IMG/VR virus record: IMGVR_UViG_3300042470_000725
Coordinates: 1 to 50,335 of that record
Direction: 5' to 3' (one strand)
From: a virus
Taxonomy: Duplodnaviria > Caudoviricetes
DNA length: 50,335 nucleotides
In this document: positions 7,709-16,568 of the stretch, one piece after another
Layout: every line of letters begins with the position of its first letter
How positions within the stretch are numbered: position 1 is the first letter of the stretch
The notes under the pieces: generated by a model
What the model was told of the DNA's origin: nothing
Seen by the model: the letters and a program-made list of their open reading frames with translations, nothing else
Databases searched by the model: none
Program-made: the position numbers and the translations under genes

Positions 7709-8511
7709 TGCTCATTGCCCCCGGCCTCATGGGGTGGAGCGTCGGCCGGCCCCTTGCCTTGATAGGAAATGAAATGGTCCGGTCTCAAGTTTTCACGTCA
7801 AGCGGGACTTGGGTGGTCCCTTCCGGCGTCAACACGATTGGCGCTCTGCTGGTCGGCGGCGGGTCGGGCGGCGGCGGCGGTCACGCCACGGGCGGCGGCG
7901 GCGGCGGGTCGGCGGGCGGCGGGACGATCATGCAAGACGGAATCCCCGTTACCCCCGGCTCAACCCTCACCGTGACCGTTGGCGCGGGTGGCGCGGGTGG
8001 CGCGATAGGATCCAACGGCACGGCCGGCACGCCGTCCTCAATATCCGGAGCGCTCCTCAACGTCCCGATCGCGGCTAACGGACTCGTGGGCGTCGCGGGT
8101 GCGGCCACTAACGGCGGGTCGGGCGGCAATGCCAGCGCGTCCCCGGGCTTGCCCTTTTCTTCCACAAGCGGCGGGGCCGGCGGCGCGGCGGCCGGGGCGT
8201 CTGGCGGCGTCTATACCGCGCTAGGCGGCGGTATCTACGGCGGCGGCTCTGGCGGCGCGGGGGCCGGCACGGGCGGCGGGGGCGGCGGACAAGGTCGCAA
8301 TTTCACCGCGTCTGGGGCCGTTGCGGGCGGCGCGAATATCGGCGGCGGATCCGGCGGCGGGTCGCTGGTCGGCGCTGGCGGGGCGGGCGGCGCGACGAGC
8401 GTCGCCGGGTCGTCTCCTGCGGCGGGTAACTACGGCGGCGGGGGCGGCGGAGGCGGACAGAACGCAGCGGGCGGCGCGGGCTTGGCCGGCGTAGTGGTGA
8501 TATACTTCTGA
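7708..8511 (+). CDS. Glycine-rich fibre-like virion protein
   Basis: FTSSGTWVVPSGV...VGGGSGGGGG...VTPGSTLTVTVGAGG...GVVVIYF, a typical phage Gly-rich fibre domain. Confidence 0.75.
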   Translation: MLIAPGLMGWSVGRPLALIGNEMVRSQVFTSSGTWVVPSGVNTIGALLVGGGSGGGGGHATGGGGGGSAGGGTIMQDGIPVTPGSTLTVTVGAGGAGGAIGSNGTAGTPSSISGALLNVPIAANGLVGVAGAATNGGSGGNASASPGLPFSSTSGGAGGAAAGASGGVYTALGGGIYGGGSGGAGAGTGGGGGGQGRNFTASGAVAGGANIGGGSGGGSLVGAGGAGGATSVAGSSPAAGNYGGGGGGGGQNAAGGAGLAGVVVIYF

Positions 8512-8933
8512 TGGGACAAGCGGTGTCGACTCCACGTATGGATGATTTGCTTGCGCCTGCGGGCGTAACGATCTTACGCGCTAGCGAGAAGGGCCGCCGC
8601 TTGGAACCGCGAGTAAATCCGAACGAAGTGGCCCTTGAGCTCTTCCGGGAGCTCGGGGCGTCCGTGCGCCGGATCGACGACAAACTAGACCTTGCCCGGG
8701 ACGAGCTGGCGGAAATACGCGGCGCGGGAATTCCGGACGCTTTGGCGACCCTGTCGCGCGAGCACGCGGACCACAAGGCGCGCCTAGCGAAGCTCGAGGA
8801 GGCGGCTCGCACGGCGACCGCCGTCGCTAAACCGTGGTGGTGGTTCGGCCGCGAGCTGGTCAAGCCGCTTATTGCGTCGGCCGTTGGCGCGGCGGCGGCC
8901 CTGCTGGCGATCAAGGGCGCGCCATCCCCGTGA
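8511..8933 (+). CDS. Coiled-coil protein with C-terminal TM (lysis-associated; holin/antiholin candidate)
   Basis: Coiled coil followed by a hydrophobic C-terminus; upstream of the endolysin. Confidence 0.55.
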   Translation: MGQAVSTPRMDDLLAPAGVTILRASEKGRRLEPRVNPNEVALELFRELGASVRRIDDKLDLARDELAEIRGAGIPDALATLSREHADHKARLAKLEEAARTATAVAKPWWWFGRELVKPLIASAVGAAAALLAIKGAPSP

Positions 8934-9214
8934 AATGGGCTAAGGATCTCTTCTACGGCCCGGACGGCGAGACGCTGCACTTGGGCCGTTGCGGGTCGGT
9001 CCCCATGTTTTTCAGCGGCCTAACGCTCCCTTGGGTCCAACTCTTCCGCTCCGGGTCGATCGACTACGCGTCGACCATGGTCGGATATACGGCGCTCGCC
9101 GGGGCGGTATGGGTGCTTGTGCAAGGGGCAAAAAATATGGACATAATGCCCGGCACGCCCCCGCCGGCTAACCCGGCCCCGGGCGGCAAGCCAACGGGGG
9201 CCCCAACACCATGA
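8930..9214 (+). CDS. Putative holin
   Basis: GTG start overlapping the previous stop; two hydrophobic segments; directly upstream of the endolysin. Confidence 0.6.
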   Translation: MKWAKDLFYGPDGETLHLGRCGSVPMFFSGLTLPWVQLFRSGSIDYASTMVGYTALAGAVWVLVQGAKNMDIMPGTPPPANPAPGGKPTGAPTP

Positions 9215-9825
9215 CGCAGCTAGGCAACGCGCCGGAATTCTACAAAGCGCTCCGGGCGCACAAGATCATGGGCGTGACCCTAGATCAAATCGAAGTCGAC
9301 GGAATCGAAACGCTGTTGCGCGCCATGGGCAACGCGGGATGGGGCCGACGCTTCACCGCGTACGGGCTGGCGACCGCGTACCACGAGACCGCCGGGACCA
9401 TGCGGCCGGTTCACGAGTACGGCTCGTACGAGTATCTCCGGAACAATTACGACGTCACGGGCCGCCGGCCGGCCATGGCGCGCAACATGGGCAACATCAA
9501 CCCGGGCGACGGCGTACGGTACGCCGGCCGGGGATACGTCCAGCTTACGTGGCGCAACAACTATGTGCGGGCCGGGCAGGCGCTTGGCCGGGATCTGGTC
9601 ACGCATCCCGACGACGCCATGCTTCCGGACGTGGCGGCCGACGTCATGACGCGCGGCATGGCGGAAGGCTGGTTTACCGGCCGCAAGCTGTCCGATTTTA
9701 TCACCGCCGCCCGATGCGACTTCAAAGGCGCGCGGGCCGTCATCAACGGCACGGACAAGGCGGCGATCATCGCCAACGTCGCCGACAAATTCCTTGACTG
9801 TCTAACCGCCGGGGGATGGGCGTGA
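9211..9825 (+). CDS. Endolysin, glycoside hydrolase family 19-like
   Basis: AYGLATAYHET, GDGVRYAGRGYVQLTWRNNY, ARAVING motifs. Confidence 0.92.
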   Translation: MTQLGNAPEFYKALRAHKIMGVTLDQIEVDGIETLLRAMGNAGWGRRFTAYGLATAYHETAGTMRPVHEYGSYEYLRNNYDVTGRRPAMARNMGNINPGDGVRYAGRGYVQLTWRNNYVRAGQALGRDLVTHPDDAMLPDVAADVMTRGMAEGWFTGRKLSDFITAARCDFKGARAVINGTDKAAIIANVADKFLDCLTAGGWA

Positions 9826-10193
9826 TTCCGCTTTGGGGATACCCCGCCGCCCTTGCCGCCGCTCTCGCGCTTGTGGTCGGGATCCAGACGGCTCGGGTCG
9901 AAAACCTGCACCGCGACTTGACGGCCGCCCGGGAACAAACCAAGGCGGCCCGGGATCTCACGGCGGCGAGCGAGCGGGCGCGTGACCGTGAGTCCAAGGC
10001 GGCCTTTGCCAGCTTCGAAGGGCTGCAAACAACTTGTGTCGCCATGAGCGCGGCGGCCGTCCAGAAGGGTCGAACCATTGAACGGATTGTATCAGCGCCG
10101 GGCCCTGTTGCTGGCGGCGCTCGCGGTATCGTTGGCGCTCTCGAGTTGCGCGAGCTGGTCGGCCAAGCCCCCGCCGCCCCCGGTACGCCCTGA
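9816..10193 (+). CDS. Inner-membrane spanin (Rz-like)
   Basis: N-terminal TM plus coiled coil; follows the endolysin. Start may be GTG 9822. Confidence 0.75.
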   Translation: MGVIPLWGYPAALAAALALVVGIQTARVENLHRDLTAAREQTKAARDLTAASERARDRESKAAFASFEGLQTTCVAMSAAAVQKGRTIERIVSAPGPVAGGARGIVGALELRELVGQAPAAPGTP

Positions 10194-10389
10194 CACTTGC
10201 CCGCCGGCCCTGTCCGCCCCCGTCCCGGACGCCCCGCGCGTACCGGACGGCGCGGGCTTCCCGGCCCCGGTCACGCCCGAAGAGCGGACCGCCGTCGGCG
10301 TGTATCTGTCGTGGCTGGCGGCTTTTGCGGACTCTGACACGCTGGTTCGCGAGAGAATGCGTCTTGCGCGGGCCGGCTGCGTCCAGTAG
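10078..10389 (+). CDS. Outer-membrane lipoprotein spanin (Rz1-like)
   Basis: Signal peptide with lipobox LSSC, Pro-rich, overlaps the i-spanin. Confidence 0.8.
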   Translation: MNGLYQRRALLLAALAVSLALSSCASWSAKPPPPPVRPDTCPPALSAPVPDAPRVPDGAGFPAPVTPEERTAVGVYLSWLAAFADSDTLVRERMRLARAGCVQ

Positions 10390-10432
10390 CTTCCGCCCTG
10401 CATGGATCGGTCTCCCTACTGTTGACGTGCAG

Positions 10433-10476
10433 CAAGGCCCGCGCTTCCTCCCCCGGCGAGCGCGGGCCTTGTCATT
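10433..10476 (+). terminator. Hairpin / probable terminator after the lysis cassette
   Basis: 13-bp stem caaggcccgcgct / agcgcgggccttg followed by tcattt. Confidence 0.55.
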
Positions 10477-10497
10477 TCCGGGCCCGGGCGTCATAGT
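10469..10497 (+). promoter_or_regulatory. Putative promoter of the terL operon
   Basis: TTGTCA-17nt-CATAGT, then RBS agggagg. Confidence 0.5.
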
Positions 10498-10526
10498 CCG
10501 ACCACGCCCAAGGGAGGGGCGCTTTC

Positions 10527-10886
10527 ATGCCAATCTGTCCAGACAATCTATGTACCGGCACGCACTACCTCGCGGACTCGCCAGAGCTAGGCGCTTGCCC
10601 GTCCTGCTGCACGCCGGAAGCCATGCAACGGCTAGACCGGACCGTTGCGGCCCTTACCGCGCCGAAACCCTTTAGCGAGCAACTAGACGAGCTCGAGGGC
10701 ATGGTTAGCACCATGCGCGACACGTTCCGGGCGATGGAGCTCGAGCGTGACGAGCTGCAGGACACCGTCGCGGACGCCACGGCCGCGCTGCGACGACACT
10801 TGAGCGAGGCGGGCCAAGCGTCCGACCCGGTCACGCTCCCGCCCGGCGCGCTTCGGACGCTTCTCGAGTCCCTGAATCTGTTGTGA
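10527..10886 (+). CDS. Hypothetical protein (Cys-rich N-terminus, coiled coil)
   Basis: Strong RBS; GTGA overlap with terL. Confidence 0.7.
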   Translation: MPICPDNLCTGTHYLADSPELGACPSCCTPEAMQRLDRTVAALTAPKPFSEQLDELEGMVSTMRDTFRAMELERDELQDTVADATAALRRHLSEAGQASDPVTLPPGALRTLLESLNLL

Positions 10887-12532
10887 CCCCGGAAGGCTTT
10901 GACTGGCAGGCCCCGGACTATACGGCCGTCTTTAACGCCCGGATGAAGCGGCTCGCTTGGATTCGCGAGGATCCAGACGTCCGTTTGCCGCCGCTTAAGG
11001 TGTTCTATCGGGAATACCCGGCGCAATTCATCCAAGATTGGGGCGTGACCTTCGACCCGCGTAACGCCGACGTCGACATTCCGACGTTGGTCCCCTTCCT
11101 GTTGTTCCCGAAACAAGAGGAATGGATAGCGTGGGTGCTCGATAGCTGGCGGAACCGTCGTCACGGGCTCACCGAGAAGAGCCGCGATTGTGGCGTGTCG
11201 TGGCTGGCGATTGCCCTTAGCTGCAGCCTTTGCCTATTCCGCGACGGGATGGTTATCGGCTTCGGGTCACGCAAGGAAGAGTACGTCGACAAAATCGACG
11301 CGCCTAAAAGCCTGTTCTACAAAGCGCGCAAGTTCATGGAATACTTGCCGCCGGAATTCCGGGGCGGCTTTAATTTGAAAATTCACGCCCCGCATATGCG
11401 TATGAGCTTCCCAAATACCGGGTCGCACATCGCTGGTGAGGCGGGAAACAATATCGGTCGGGGCGATCGGGCCGCGCTCTATTTTTTCGACGAAGCGGCG
11501 CACCACGAGCAACCCGTTCTGGTCGACGCGGCCCTGTCCGCGACGACAAACTGCAGAATGGACGTGTCGTCAGTCAACGGGCCCGCAAACCCCTTCGCGC
11601 AAAAGCGCTTCTCGTGGCCTAGCGGGCAAATTTTTATTTTCGACTGGCGAGACGACCCGCGCAAATCTCAAGACTGGTACGACAAGCTTAAAGCCCCGGG
11701 GGGTCTCGACCCCGTGAGTTTGGCGCAGGAAGTCGACCGCGACTATAACGCCAGTCAACAGGGCGTGCTGATACCGTCGGCGTGGGTGCAGGCGGCGATC
11801 GACGCTCACCTAAAGTTAGGCATTGCTCCCGTCGGCGGACGTACGGGCGGCTTCGACGTGGCGGACGAAGGGAAGGACGCCCTAGCCCTCGCGCTTCTCA
11901 ACGGCTGGTATCTGGAAGAGCTGCACGAGTGGTACGGCAAGGGCGACGATATTTTCTCGAGCGTCGAAAAAGTCTTCATGCTTTGCGACGACTTCGGCGC
12001 GCCGGGCTTCAAGTATGACAGCGACGGGCTAGGCGTCGGCGTTCGGGGCGACGCCCGGGTGATCAATGCGACCCGGCTCGGGGCGGGCCGGCATATGCTG
12101 GACGTCCGGCCCTTCCGGGGATCTGCAGAAGTGTACGACCCGGAAGGCTTCGTCGACCCGCGCGAGAAGACAAACCCGGACCGCAACCCGCTCTTGGCGC
12201 GGCGTAACAAAGACTTTTTTGTCAATTGCAAAGCGCAATCGTGGTGGTCGCTCCGGCGGCGCTTCGAAGCGACGTTTAGGGCCGTGACGGAAAGCGCGCC
12301 CTATAACCCGGACGATCTCATAAGCCTGTCCGGCCGGCTCCCCTTGCTCGGGAAGCTAACTGGCGAGCTCTCTCAACCGACGTACGATCTGCGCAACGGC
12401 AAGATATTGATTGAAAAGACGCCCGACGGGAGCAAAAGCCCGAACCTAGCGGACGCCGTCATGATCGCATACAGTCGCACGTCGCGAGAGCCCATGCGGA
12501 TTCGGGCCGGCGTCGCAGGAGACATAAGATAG
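10883..12532 (+). CDS. terL: Terminase large subunit
   Basis: Walker A-like EKSRDCGVSW, Walker B YFFDEAA, nuclease GFDVADEGKD, C-terminal SPNLADA. Confidence 0.95.
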   Translation: MTPEGFDWQAPDYTAVFNARMKRLAWIREDPDVRLPPLKVFYREYPAQFIQDWGVTFDPRNADVDIPTLVPFLLFPKQEEWIAWVLDSWRNRRHGLTEKSRDCGVSWLAIALSCSLCLFRDGMVIGFGSRKEEYVDKIDAPKSLFYKARKFMEYLPPEFRGGFNLKIHAPHMRMSFPNTGSHIAGEAGNNIGRGDRAALYFFDEAAHHEQPVLVDAALSATTNCRMDVSSVNGPANPFAQKRFSWPSGQIFIFDWRDDPRKSQDWYDKLKAPGGLDPVSLAQEVDRDYNASQQGVLIPSAWVQAAIDAHLKLGIAPVGGRTGGFDVADEGKDALALALLNGWYLEELHEWYGKGDDIFSSVEKVFMLCDDFGAPGFKYDSDGLGVGVRGDARVINATRLGAGRHMLDVRPFRGSAEVYDPEGFVDPREKTNPDRNPLLARRNKDFFVNCKAQSWWSLRRRFEATFRAVTESAPYNPDDLISLSGRLPLLGKLTGELSQPTYDLRNGKILIEKTPDGSKSPNLADAVMIAYSRTSREPMRIRAGVAGDIR

Positions 12533-14994
12533 TGAGCGCAGCACGCCCCCGCCGTCAAATGAAGCTGCGTCCCGGCGTGGCGCGCGAGATCCAGCGCCCC
12601 GGACAGGACGCGGCGACCTTTGCGCCGTATGTCCCGGCCCCGGGCGTCGCGCCTAAATCGGCGTCATCCCTTGCCATGGACAGCACCGTCTACGCGTGGG
12701 CAACGCAGGCGTCCGTTGCGTACGGCGAGGGACTGGCATTCCTTGGGTACCCCTACCTAACGCAGCTCGCCCAACGGCCGGAATTCCGCCAGATCTCGAC
12801 CATTTGGGCGAAGGAAATGACTCGCCGATGGGTCAAGATCACGTCGGCGGGCGGCGATGCGGACGAAGAGAAGATTAAGGTTATCGAGGCCGAAATGCGC
12901 AAGCTTCGGGTCCGCGACGCCTTCCGCAACGCGACGCTGCTAGATGGGTTCTTCGGCCGCTCGCATATCTTCCTAGATTTCGGCCCGTCCAAGCCCGGCG
13001 AGCTGGAAACGCCGCTCGTGCTGGACCCGCGCAAGATCCGGCCCGGATCGTTCCGGGGGCTTCGCGTCGTGGAGCCGACTTGGGTCTATCCCAACGCGTA
13101 CAACACGGCCGACCCGCTAGACGAAAATTACTACAGACCGCGTGACTGGTTCGTCATGGGGAACCGCGTGCATCGCTCCCGGCTCATGACGTTCGTTTCT
13201 CAAGACGTCCCGGACCTTCTCAAACCGTCGTACAGCTTCGGCGGCCTGTCGCGCACTCAACAGGCCATGCCCTACGTCGACAACTGGATTCGTACGCGCC
13301 AAAGCGTGAGCGACCTTCTGCACAGCTTTTCCAAGACGATTCTAAAAACCAACATGTCGGCCGTCCTGCAGGGCGGCGGCGCGGACGCGTTGAACGAGCG
13401 GGCGTCCCTGTACGCGGCAACCCGTGACAATAAAGACCTGATTATGGTCGACATGACGGAAGAGGACATCGTTGACGTTTCGACACCGCTCGGGTCGCTG
13501 GACAAGCTGCAAGCGCAGTCGCAAGAGCAAATGTCGTCGATCGCCGGGATCCCGCTCGTGGTGCTCCTAGGCATCACGCCGTCCGGGCTCAACGCGTCCA
13601 GCGACGGCGAAATCAAGACGTTTTACGCGGCGGTCAAGGCGGCTCAAGAGGATCTATTCACGGACCCGCTCAACGTCGTTCTGGCGGTCATGCAGCTCTC
13701 CCTGTTCGGCAAGGTCGATCCTAACATTGGCTTTGAATATCTCCCGCTTTGGGAAGATGACGACACGGCGCGGGCCGGCGTGCAAAAGACCATGAGCGAG
13801 ATCGACACGAGCTATCTGGACGCGGGCGTCCTGTCCCCGGAAGAGGTACGCGAGCGGCTGGCAAACGACCCGGAAAGCCCCTATTCGGGTCTGGACCTAA
13901 GCGCGCCCCCGCCAGAGCCCCCGGAGCCGGACGTACCGGACGACGAAGGGGACGGGTCGGAGCTTCCCGCGCAAGACGCGGAATGGGACGAAGGCAAACA
14001 CAAGCGCGCCGACAACGGGCAGTTTGGCGAGGGGGGCGGCGGCTCAAACAAGCGTGACCCTGCGCCGGCCGCCAGCGAAGAGACGCCCGAAGCCAAGGCG
14101 GCTCGGGAAGCGGAAGAGCGCCGCGTTGAAATGGCCCGGCGCGCCGAAGTCCGGAAAGCGCACGCGGGCCCGGGCTTTAACCGTTCGGACGCTTTCACGG
14201 CGCCGGCGGACTTTAACGCGGCCGACTTCGCCCGGACGCATGACAAATTCGACGTTACCGAATCGGACATCATCAACGGCTTCCCGGACGATACGAGCGA
14301 GCGGATAAAGGACGTCGAAGGGCGTATTGCCGCCCGCGCGCCGACGAACCACGAACATAAGCAAGCGGACGGGAGCTGGACGCCAGAGCGGGCCGCCCTG
14401 CACAAGTCGATCATTGACGAAGTGTTCGCTAAGGAGAAGGTCGACGCGGCTCGCCCGGCGGACGGGGAAGCCCCGACGTTTACCGTGCTTGGCGGCCGGG
14501 GCGGGTCCGGCAAGTCTTGGTTTGAGGGTCACGTGTACGACCCGGAGCGCGCAATCGTGCTGGACCCGGACAAGATCAAGGCGAAACTGCCCGAATTCGA
14601 GGGATGGAACGCCGCGCAAGTGCACGAGGAGTCAAGCGAGATCGCGGACGAGATAACCCGCGTCGCTCAAGAAAACGGGCTCAATCTCGTGCATGATGCG
14701 ACCATGAAAAGCCCGGAGAAGGCTAAGGCGCTCGTGCAGGGCTTCAAGGAGCGCGGCTATCGGGTCGAAGCGCACTACATGCACCTTCCCCGCCAAGAGG
14801 CGGCCAAACGTGCCGTTGGGCGTTTCCTCAACCCGAAAAGCGGGCGCTACGTTCCGCCGTCGATCGTGCTCGGGAACACCGAGAACGAAAAGTCATTTGA
14901 GGGCGTTAAGGATCTGGTCGACGCTTGGTCCTTCCGCGACAACAACGTCCCGCAAAACACGCCGCCCGTTCTGATATCGGAGAGCCGCCCATGA
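12532..14994 (+). CDS. Portal protein (DUF1073-type) fused to a C-terminal zeta-toxin-like P-loop kinase
   Basis: aa ~50-455 portal (VHRSRL, AGIPLVVLLGITPSGLNASSDGE, LSPEEVRERL); acidic Pro linker; C-terminal GGRGGSGKS, DPDKIK, HEES, HDATM, GRYVP. Confidence 0.88.
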   Translation: MSAARPRRQMKLRPGVAREIQRPGQDAATFAPYVPAPGVAPKSASSLAMDSTVYAWATQASVAYGEGLAFLGYPYLTQLAQRPEFRQISTIWAKEMTRRWVKITSAGGDADEEKIKVIEAEMRKLRVRDAFRNATLLDGFFGRSHIFLDFGPSKPGELETPLVLDPRKIRPGSFRGLRVVEPTWVYPNAYNTADPLDENYYRPRDWFVMGNRVHRSRLMTFVSQDVPDLLKPSYSFGGLSRTQQAMPYVDNWIRTRQSVSDLLHSFSKTILKTNMSAVLQGGGADALNERASLYAATRDNKDLIMVDMTEEDIVDVSTPLGSLDKLQAQSQEQMSSIAGIPLVVLLGITPSGLNASSDGEIKTFYAAVKAAQEDLFTDPLNVVLAVMQLSLFGKVDPNIGFEYLPLWEDDDTARAGVQKTMSEIDTSYLDAGVLSPEEVRERLANDPESPYSGLDLSAPPPEPPEPDVPDDEGDGSELPAQDAEWDEGKHKRADNGQFGEGGGGSNKRDPAPAASEETPEAKAAREAEERRVEMARRAEVRKAHAGPGFNRSDAFTAPADFNAADFARTHDKFDVTESDIINGFPDDTSERIKDVEGRIAARAPTNHEHKQADGSWTPERAALHKSIIDEVFAKEKVDAARPADGEAPTFTVLGGRGGSGKSWFEGHVYDPERAIVLDPDKIKAKLPEFEGWNAAQVHEESSEIADEITRVAQENGLNLVHDATMKSPEKAKALVQGFKERGYRVEAHYMHLPRQEAAKRAVGRFLNPKSGRYVPPSIVLGNTENEKSFEGVKDLVDAWSFRDNNVPQNTPPVLISESRP

Positions 14995-15131
14995 TTCCGT
15001 CCCCGGCCGAAGCCCCGGACCTATACGACGACGACGACGCCCGCCCCTTGCGGGACGGGACGTCAATCCAGTACACGCCCCCGCCGTGGCTTAAGAACCC
15101 GTCTCCTGCGCCCGCCAGCGACGACGCATAA
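14991..15131 (+). CDS. Small acidic protein (46 aa), candidate antitoxin
   Basis: ATGA overlap with the portal-kinase stop; ggag RBS. Confidence 0.55.
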   Translation: MIPSPAEAPDLYDDDDARPLRDGTSIQYTPPPWLKNPSPAPASDDA

Positions 15132-15276
15132 GCGCCTCGCCTAGAAGCTCCCGGATCTTATCGTTGCGGCCGTATGTGGCGGGGCCGGGTTCTGCGTCGA
15201 TCGCGGCGATCTCGCTAGGCGCGAGGGCGACCGCGATTCGCTTCAAGGGCTCGCCGTGCTTGACGGGACGGGCCAT
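15091..15276 (-). CDS. Ribbon-helix-helix (CopG/Arc-like) regulator
   Basis: MARP...KRIAVAL..SEIAAID...RNDKIRELL pattern; TAATG coupling. Confidence 0.7.
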   Translation of the reverse strand: MARPVKHGEPLKRIAVALAPSEIAAIDAEPGPATYGRNDKIRELLGEALMRRRWRAQETGS

Positions 15277-15539
15277 TAGATCGCGCCCCTGTAGTGCTTC
15301 GCCAGCTCTTCGACGGATCCGGCCCATTCGAGGGCGGCGGCTTCCGCGTCCGCTAGGCTGGCGAAGGACCGGGTTTCAAACACTTTGCCTTCCTTGACGG
15401 CGACCTTGCGAGCGAAGCCCGGGCCGCTATGGGCGGCGATATCCAGCAAGTCCGGGTCGCTGCAATTGAACGCGAGCGGGGCCGGAACGCTCCCGACAAA
15501 GGCGAACCGCCCGGCCGGGTTGGGGATTATGTGCATCAT
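15276..15539 (-). CDS. Hypothetical protein
   Basis: RBS aggagacc; own promoter upstream. Confidence 0.75.
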   Translation of the reverse strand: MMHIIPNPAGRFAFVGSVPAPLAFNCSDPDLLDIAAHSGPGFARKVAVKEGKVFETRSFASLADAEAAALEWAGSVEELAKHYRGAI

Positions 15540-15556
15540 TTGTCTGGTCTCCTGAA

Positions 15557-15588
15557 TTATCTGTACGCTTAAAGGGAGGGGGCGTCAA
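15557..15588 (-). promoter_or_regulatory. Promoter with operator A
   Basis: Minus strand TTGACG-17nt-TACAGA; palindrome 15557-15572. Confidence 0.75.
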
Positions 15589-15869
15589 GCCTTCTCTTTC
15601 GCTAGCGGGTGAACAACGACGCCCCGAATGCAGTCGACGGCGTACCGCGCTTCGACTTTTTGGCGTTCGATCGCCCCGTGTTTGTGGTCCGGATGGTAAA
15701 AAATTTCCGGCTTCAATCCGTCTTTTGGCAAATGTCCCAATACCTTCGCTTTAACCGCCGCGCGCAATTCGGCACGGACCCCGGCGGGGATTCGGCTGGT
15801 CACGACGCGACTTCCCCGGGCCAAGATTTGTTCGACGTTCGGGCCATATTCGGCGGTGTATCTGGTCAT
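15585..15869 (-). CDS. Hypothetical protein
   Basis: RBS agggagacc before ATG 15869. Confidence 0.75.
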   Translation of the reverse strand: MTRYTAEYGPNVEQILARGSRVVTSRIPAGVRAELRAAVKAKVLGHLPKDGLKPEIFYHPDHKHGAIERQKVEARYAVDCIRGVVVHPLAKEKA

Positions 15870-15910
15870 GTCTTGGTCTCCCTGTTGAATGAGAGGGGGC
15901 GTCAAGCCCC

Positions 15911-16489
15911 CTAGTGGTATGCGGTCCAGCTACGCGGCCGGCCGTCCCAAAGGTGCGCGCTGGCGTAGCTCTCAATAGCGATCCGGCCCCGGGCGATCCG
16001 CTTAACCATGGCGTCGCCTTTGAAGTGGTCGATTGCCGGAATGCTCTTCCCTTGCGCCCAACCTTCGTTCCCGTTGCTGGCGTCGGCGCTATGGATCTGG
16101 CGGATAACGACGGTCGACTTGCCCCGGAGCTCAACGACCTGATACCAATCGATATTGGTCTGTTCGTAGCCCCAAGAGCAGACGAAGATCGACCCGACTT
16201 CGCACCCGTGACCCTTGGCCCGGGCGGCGGCGTCTTCGGCGGCGCGCTTGGCCTTGGCCGCCAGCGACGCCCGGCGGGATTCGAAGTGCTCCCGAACCTG
16301 CTTCTCGCGGCTGGATTCCTTGGCGAAGCGATAGTGATAGTCGGGCTTGTTCGCCTTGCCGTGGTATCCCTTGGCGCAGGGCTTGCCGTTCTGGTCGGTC
16401 CAGACGTACGCGACGGCGTCGGACAGCTTGTCCTTGACGATCACGGCCCCGGCGGGGGCGGAGCGGACGGGGGCGAGAAGTCTGTTCAT
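15911..16489 (-). CDS. Hypothetical phage protein (SWGYEQTNIDWYQV motif)
   Basis: RBS agggagacc before ATG 16489; the motif is of a type seen in phage/plasmid hypotheticals. Confidence 0.8.
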   Translation of the reverse strand: MNRLLAPVRSAPAGAVIVKDKLSDAVAYVWTDQNGKPCAKGYHGKANKPDYHYRFAKESSREKQVREHFESRRASLAAKAKRAAEDAAARAKGHGCEVGSIFVCSWGYEQTNIDWYQVVELRGKSTVVIRQIHSADASNGNEGWAQGKSIPAIDHFKGDAMVKRIARGRIAIESYASAHLWDGRPRSWTAYH

Positions 16490-16532
16490 CGGAAGGGTCT
16501 CCCTAACCGGCCGAATTGCCGGTACAGTCTTC

Positions 16533-16561
16533 ATATAGCCGTTATTCGTACAAATAACAAG
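16533..16561 (-). promoter_or_regulatory. Promoter with near-perfect operator A
   Basis: Minus strand TTGTTA-17nt-TATATG; GTTATTCGTACAAATAAC palindrome at 16541-16558. Confidence 0.7.
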
Positions 16562-16568
16562 GGCTCTC

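Noticed and set aside
12532-13900. Anti-CBASS (Acb1) function for the DUF1073 domain
   Set aside because: Position after terL and the motifs fit a portal; no HxT phosphoesterase motifs were recognised.
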